Shown here: piece after piece, positions 55,244 through 60,288 of the stretch
Position numbering within the stretch: position 1 is the stretch's first letter
How the letters are laid out: each line of letters opens with the position of its first letter
Source: Caulobacteraceae bacterium
GTDB lineage: Bacteria > Pseudomonadota > Alphaproteobacteria > Caulobacterales > Caulobacteraceae
Direction of reading: 5' to 3'
Assembly (NCBI GenBank): GCA_036489325.1
Contig: DASXGB010000054.1
Coordinates: 1 to 60,288 of the forward strand
DNA: 60,288 nt
Made by a program: the position numbers and the translations under genes
The notes under the pieces: model-generated
Databases searched by the model: none
Told to the model about the DNA's origin: nothing
Seen by the model: the letters and a program-made list of their open reading frames with translations, nothing else

Positions 55244-57163
55244 TCAACCGCCGCGAGCGGCTAACCACGCCTGCAGCATGACGACAGCCCAAATGGGTTG
55301 CGCCTGCCCTGAATCTCCTCCCCGCAGGCGTCGCCATGCTTCTTCGACGGGTTGCGGATCGATCAGTCCCTGGCGCCGCAGCCGGGCCGGCGCGGTCAGA
55401 TCGGACGCCCATTCGTAGAGTCCGCCCCTTAGCCACTCGTGCAGGGGGACGCTGAATCCCAGCTTGGGGCGTTCGGTAAGGGACCTTGGCGCGAAGCGCG
55501 CCAGGACTTGTCTCGGCAGCCATTTTGTAGCTCGGCCGCGCACTTTCATCGTCGGTGGAATCCGCCAGGCAAACTCGACCATGTCCGGATCGAGAAATGG
55601 CGCGCGAGTTTCCAGGCCGACCGCCATCGCCGCCCGATCGACTTTGCAGAGAAGGTCACCCGGCAAATAGTCGACGGTGTCCCTCCAGAGCATGGGTTCG
55701 AGTTCATTATCGAAGACGGGTGACGGCGGCCGCCAGCTTATTGTCGGAGACCCAACCGGCGGGCGAAGCGGCCCCTCGCCTGGCCACAACGACATGGTCT
55801 CCTCGAAAAGGTCGGCAATGGAATTCGAACGAAGCCAGCGGCCAGCCCGGCGAAGGTTAGGCCCCAGCTGTCCCCTAGAAGCATAGCGGCGGGCGAATGG
55901 TCTGAGCCACCAGAGCCCCATGGCAAGGACCGGAAGAGGCAATCGTTCCAGCGAGCCGGCGACCAGCTTACGCGCTGGCATGCGCCTCATCGTCCGCCAA
56001 AGTCGCCTCACCCCCGCATAACGGACATAACCGCCGAACATCTCGTCGCCTCCGTCGCCGGTGAGGCAAACCTTCACGTTGCGACGCGCCATTTCGCTGA
56101 CGAGGAAGGTTGGAATCTGGGAACTGTCCGCGAAGGGTTCATCATACAGATAACCCAACCGGGGAACGATCGCCTGGGCGTCGGCGACGGTCACGTAGTG
56201 CTCGGTATGGTTGGTTCCCAGATGGCCGGCGAGCGCCTTCGCCTGCTCCGCCTCATTGAATTCACGCGACTCGAAGCCCAGCGTGAATGTCTGCACGGGC
56301 GATTGCGCCTCAGCCTGCATCACAGCCGTGATCAGAGCGGAGTCGAGTCCTCCGGACAGGAACATCCCGATCGGCACATCCGAGACCATCTGCCGCGAGA
56401 CGACCTTGCGCAGCAGCGTCTCCAGACCGTCCGCGGCTTCCTTCGGATCGACAATTCGGTGGCGCCGACCGGCGTCGATAACCTCACTCAGACTCCAGTA
56501 GGGCGTCACGCTTGGACGCCGCCCCCCGCGCCAGGTGAGCAGTGAGCCAGGTTCAAGCTTTCTGGCGTCGCGGAGGATCGAGAATGGCGCCGGGATGTAG
56601 CCGAACCGGAAGTAAGCAGCGAGCGCATCGCGCGACAGGCTCGAAGACACGTCCACCGCGACTTCCAGAGCCGTCAATTCGGAAGCAAAGGCCAGCCGGC
56701 GTTCATCGCAAGTGTAGTAGAGGGGCTTTTCTCCCATCCGATCGCGAGCAAGGTAGGCGGTCCGCGTCTGTCGGTCCCAAAGGGCCAAGGCGAACATGCC
56801 TTTGGCCCGTTCAAGGGCGACGTTTAGGCCGTGCCGCTCGACCATCGCCAGCAACACCTCGGAATCGGAATGGCCTTTCCACGTCACTGGCCCATCGCCT
56901 TCGAGACGCCGGCGGAGCTCGGGAAAGTTGTAGATTTCCCCGTTCATCGTCATGACCCAACGTCCGCTTTGCGAGACCATCGGCTGATGGCCTGCCGGCG
57001 AGAGATCAATGATCGAAAGGCGTCTCTGGCCGAAGCAGACGTCGCCTTCGTGCCACAGGCCCTCGTCGTCTGGCCCGCGATGCGCAATCGAACGCAGCAT
57101 ATGGCCGACGAGGTTCTCGATTTCGTCCGGCGACACGCCGATCTGGCCGGCTATGCCGCACAC
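55244..57163 (-). CDS. asnB: Asparagine synthase (glutamine-hydrolysing) family amidotransferase
   Basis: MCGIAG (Ntn Cys2), RLSIIDL, NGEIYN, LSGGLDS, GDGGDE and RAPFLD motifs. Confidence 0.92.
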   Translation of the reverse strand: MCGIAGQIGVSPDEIENLVGHMLRSIAHRGPDDEGLWHEGDVCFGQRRLSIIDLSPAGHQPMVSQSGRWVMTMNGEIYNFPELRRRLEGDGPVTWKGHSDSEVLLAMVERHGLNVALERAKGMFALALWDRQTRTAYLARDRMGEKPLYYTCDERRLAFASELTALEVAVDVSSSLSRDALAAYFRFGYIPAPFSILRDARKLEPGSLLTWRGGRRPSVTPYWSLSEVIDAGRRHRIVDPKEAADGLETLLRKVVSRQMVSDVPIGMFLSGGLDSALITAVMQAEAQSPVQTFTLGFESREFNEAEQAKALAGHLGTNHTEHYVTVADAQAIVPRLGYLYDEPFADSSQIPTFLVSEMARRNVKVCLTGDGGDEMFGGYVRYAGVRRLWRTMRRMPARKLVAGSLERLPLPVLAMGLWWLRPFARRYASRGQLGPNLRRAGRWLRSNSIADLFEETMSLWPGEGPLRPPVGSPTISWRPPSPVFDNELEPMLWRDTVDYLPGDLLCKVDRAAMAVGLETRAPFLDPDMVEFAWRIPPTMKVRGRATKWLPRQVLARFAPRSLTERPKLGFSVPLHEWLRGGLYEWASDLTAPARLRRQGLIDPQPVEEAWRRLRGGDSGQAQPIWAVVMLQAWLAARGG

Positions 57164-57197
57164 GGCGGCGGCCTCGTCGTAATTGTCGCCGTTGTGC

Positions 57198-57542
57198 TTA
57201 CCGGCAGTGGCTCACCCAATGGCCCTGCGTCATGACCTGCTGGCAGAGTTGGGCGTGCCTGTGCGTGGAAGCATCGTGCGCGACCTTCGTCTGGTGATGC
57301 GTCGATGAGAGGGCGCCTTCGGAGGCGTGGTGGTGCGCCGACCGGGAACTCTGAGCGCGATTTTTGTGCGCGTTCTTGTGGTGGGTGTGGCTGCTGGCGC
57401 TGGAATGGAGGTGGGCGTGGTTGGTGGCGCTGGAATGATGGTGGGTGTGGTGATGGGCCTGAGCGAACGTCGCCGGAGCGGCCGCCGCCAGCATGATCAC
57501 CGCCAGGCACGCAAATGATCCAACCCGGACTCCCAAGGTCAC
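57198..57542 (-). CDS. Histidine-rich exported small protein of unknown function
   Basis: GTG start overlaps the nnr stop (GTGA); hydrophobic signal ending ATFA-Q; 23 His in about 87 mature residues; C-terminal Cys pair. Confidence 0.7.
   Translation of the reverse strand: MTLGVRVGSFACLAVIMLAAAAPATFAQAHHHTHHHSSATNHAHLHSSASSHTHHKNAHKNRAQSSRSAHHHASEGALSSTHHQTKVAHDASTHRHAQLCQQVMTQGHWVSHCR
57381..57450. repeat. Imperfect 30-bp tandem repeat (about 2.3 copies) inside the His-rich gene
   Basis: gtgggtgtggctgctggcgctggaatggag / gtgggcgtggttggtggcgctggaatgatg / gtgggtgtgg. Confidence 0.85.
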
Positions 57543-59038
57543 CCTCCCCTTTCATCGACCGCCCCGCCTTTGGCGACTCGGGCGTGGAGCCCCTTCAATA
57601 CCGTGGGAGAGAGGTCCGGCAAATCCTCGCTGATCAGTCCGGGGCCGAAATCCTGAGCGCATTCGGCGTGGATCCAGACCCCAGCGCAGGCCGCTTCGAA
57701 ACTGTCCATGCCCTGGGCGACAAGGCCGCCGATGAACCCTGACAGAACATCGCCCGACCCGGCGGTCGCCAGCCAGGGCGCGCCGTTCAGGTTCACCGCC
57801 GCCCGGCCGTCCGGCGCGGCGATAACCGTGTCCGGCCCCTTGAGCAGAACGACGGCCTGAGCCCGTGCGGCGGCTTCGCGAACCGCGGTGATTCTTTCTG
57901 GAGCTCCGGCAAGAACCCCGGGGAAGACCCGGTCGAACTCACCAACGTGTGGTGTCAGCACGTCGTCCCGGTCGAGAACGGAAAAGAGTTCCTCCGGATC
58001 GTCACGGAACACGCTCAAGGCATCGGCGTCGAGCACCAGAGCCGCGCCGGTTCGAGCCAGAGCCAGAACGTGAGAGAGAGTCTCTTCGGTGACTCCAGCG
58101 GCCGGTCCGATGATCACGGCTTCGACAGATGAGGCCCCGGCCTCGAGTTCGGCGTCAGTCTCAAAGCTGCGGAGCATGACAGCTTCCAGATGAGCCGCGT
58201 TCGACATCAAGGCCTCGGGCGGCGAATAGATGGTCACCAGACCGGCGCCAATTCGCAGGCCGCCGCGGGCCGCCAGGCGCGCCGCCCCGGTGCTCCAGGC
58301 TTCGCCGCTCACGACGATCAGACGGCCACGCTGGGTCTTGTAGGCCTCGATCGATGGCCACGGAACCTTCGTCAGCCAAAGATCCGGGTCGTTTTCATAG
58401 GTCTTTGCCGAAACTGGCCCCAGGCCAATGTCGGCGACCACAACTTCACCGCAGAGGCTCCGGCCAGGCTGCAGCACGTGCGCGGGCTTTCGGCGATGGA
58501 AAGTCACGGTCAAAGCCGATTTGAAGCAGGAGTCTCCCAGTGGACGACCAGTGTCTCCGGCTACGCCGCTTGGCGTATCGATCGCAACCACGCGGTCAGC
58601 CAGTCGCTGCGCTTGGCGCGCGAGCCGAGCCGCATCCTGCGACAGCGGCCTATCAAGGCCTGCGCCGAACAGGGCATCGATGACGATGTCTTCGCCTGTA
58701 AGTCGTTGCGAGAGGGTTCTCACGTCCCCTTGCCAAGCTTTTCTGGCCGCCTGGGCATCGCCGGACTTGGGCGTCGTCAAAGCTTCAATCCTCACGGGCC
58801 AGCCGAGCTCGGCGAGGCGTGTGGCGGCGACATAGCCATCGCCGCCGTTGTTTCCAGGCCCAGCGAGGACAAGGACCGGACCCTTCGCGAAGCGCGCCGC
58901 CACGGTGTCAGCTACGGCCTGGCCGGCTCTCTGCATGAGCGTGATGCCTGGCGTGCCAGCTTCGATGGCTACGCGGTCCGCCGCAGCCATTTCGGCCACA
59001 GTGAGAATTTCTCGTGGATGGGGCGTCGAATGAGTCAA
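57539..59038 (-). CDS. nnr: Bifunctional NAD(P)H-hydrate epimerase/dehydratase (YjeF)
   Basis: GPGNNGGDG, DALFGAG, DTPSG, LTPHVGEF and LATAGSGDVL motifs; TTG 59038 overlaps the upstream stop. Confidence 0.95.
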   Translation of the reverse strand: MTHSTPHPREILTVAEMAAADRVAIEAGTPGITLMQRAGQAVADTVAARFAKGPVLVLAGPGNNGGDGYVAATRLAELGWPVRIEALTTPKSGDAQAARKAWQGDVRTLSQRLTGEDIVIDALFGAGLDRPLSQDAARLARQAQRLADRVVAIDTPSGVAGDTGRPLGDSCFKSALTVTFHRRKPAHVLQPGRSLCGEVVVADIGLGPVSAKTYENDPDLWLTKVPWPSIEAYKTQRGRLIVVSGEAWSTGAARLAARGGLRIGAGLVTIYSPPEALMSNAAHLEAVMLRSFETDAELEAGASSVEAVIIGPAAGVTEETLSHVLALARTGAALVLDADALSVFRDDPEELFSVLDRDDVLTPHVGEFDRVFPGVLAGAPERITAVREAAARAQAVVLLKGPDTVIAAPDGRAAVNLNGAPWLATAGSGDVLSGFIGGLVAQGMDSFEAACAGVWIHAECAQDFGPGLISEDLPDLSPTVLKGLHARVAKGGAVDERGG

Positions 59039-59598
59039 AGTACGCCTGTTGCGGCTTCCGCGCCCCGACTGATGAGCCGGAGTTCTCCACAGTCCGCTTC
59101 CAAGACAGTGATCGAAGCGTGGCCCGGGCGGAACACGGTTACATCGTTTATGCCCATGAGCTGTGAGACGATGGCGTTGATCGCCACGAAATGAGTGAAG
59201 ACCGCGGCGCCGGGTCGCTCGGTCACGGCGGCGAGCACAGCCGCGCGCCAAGCGCCATAATCGATGTCACCCGTGATGTCTGGCCATCGGCCCCCGAGCA
59301 CCCGGCCGAGCCACGCGCTACGGTCTCCTCCTGTTCGCGGCGTCGGAATTTCGCTGACCGCGTCCGCGATCTCGAGCTCGGACCCGAGAGCCTGAACGAA
59401 GGGTCTGGCCGTTTCCCGGCAACGCCGCATGGGCGAGCTGACAGCCTTGATCGGCCGTTCATCCAGTGGAAGCGCGAGTAGCGCCTTGGCGGCGAGCACG
59501 GCCTGGGCCTGGCCTTGAAGGTCAAGCCCAGGATCGTGGTCGGCGTCGCCCCAGACCGCGGATGGCCTGCCATGCCGAACGAGGTAGATGCGGCTCAC
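59035..59598 (-). CDS. Histidine phosphatase / phosphoglycerate mutase family protein
   Basis: YLVRHG, SSPMRRCRETA and VFTH motifs. Confidence 0.88.
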   Translation of the reverse strand: MSRIYLVRHGRPSAVWGDADHDPGLDLQGQAQAVLAAKALLALPLDERPIKAVSSPMRRCRETARPFVQALGSELEIADAVSEIPTPRTGGDRSAWLGRVLGGRWPDITGDIDYGAWRAAVLAAVTERPGAAVFTHFVAINAIVSQLMGINDVTVFRPGHASITVLEADCGELRLISRGAEAATGVL

Positions 59599-59769
59599 AC
59601 TCGATCCTTTGATGGAGGGGACCGCCGATCACAAGCGGAATTGCTGACGGCGATGGGCAGTCCCACCAGCGGCGCAAAATCGCCAAACCCGACCATTGAC
59701 AGGAGGGGTCTTGAACGGACTCTAGCGGCGAACCGCGGGCTACGGCCCTCGCCCCCTGGACGCTGGTGA

Positions 59770-60108
<339 letters not shown>

Positions 60109-60148
60109 CCATGACCATTTTCAGCCTTCGAGGAGGGGCCGTTCGCCT

Positions 60149-60288
60149 ATGACCACGGTAAGTGAGATCCGGTCTTTGCTTAAGGAGAAGGAGGTTCAAT
60201 ACGTGGACCTGAGGTTCACGGACATGCGCGGCAAGCTGCAGCATGTGACCTTTGACTTATCGTTGGTGGATGATGATTTCCTGACCGA
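60149..60288 (+). CDS. glnA: Glutamine synthetase type I, N-terminal part (runs off the window)
   Basis: Manual translation MTTVSEIRSLLKEKEVQYVDLRFTDMRGKLQHVT...; AGGAGG at 60131-60136; follows glnB. Confidence 0.95.
   Translation, partial: MTTVSEIRSLLKEKEVQYVDLRFTDMRGKLQHVTFDLSLVDDDFLT

Noticed and set aside
57381-57450. Possible CRISPR-like repeat
   Set aside because: The units are contiguous 30-mers without spacers, in frame within a coding region, and no cas genes are present.
55244-57542. Lasso peptide cluster (small peptide gene next to an AsnB homolog)
   Set aside because: The AsnB has an intact Ntn glutaminase N-terminus (MCGIAG), no B1/B2 leader peptidase genes are nearby, and the small protein has a Sec-type signal rather than a lasso leader.

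Overview
High-GC alphaproteobacterial chromosome segment, most likely Caulobacteraceae (inferred from a sidA-dnaE pair, lpxI, GTTC-N7-GTTC LexA boxes and protein similarity recalled from Caulobacter; no search was run). Most of it is core genome: rpmF; pyrG-secG-tpiA; ppiD-trpE-trpG-trpD-trpC-lexA; comEC/gltX-gltA; the rpsB-tsf-pyrH-frr-uppS-cdsA-dxr-rseP-bamA-skp-lpxD-fabZ-lpxA-lpxI-lpxB block; dnaE; parC; the folK-rpoZ-spoT-pyrE-pdxJ-acpS-lepB-rnc-era-recO block; and glnB-glnA. Accessory parts are an ester/acyl-catabolic cluster with an orphan modA at the left end, and a histidine phosphatase-nnr-His-rich secreted protein-asnB-UDP-glucuronate epimerase-sugar transferase run at the right end. 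I saw no mobile element, prophage, tRNA, rRNA or CRISPR array. Four signals not explained by the ORF track stand out: (1) a 29-aa LexA-controlled SidA-like membrane peptide upstream of dnaE; (2) lpxI in frame behind the lpxA TAG with no ATG/GTG/TTG before its conserved N-terminus; (3) spoT apparently starting at a CTG overlapping the rpoZ stop, next to a hairpin containing a 4-codon mini-ORF; (4) a repeat-built His-rich exported protein upstream of an amidotransferase/epimerase pair. I cannot claim a new multi-gene system from sequence alone.
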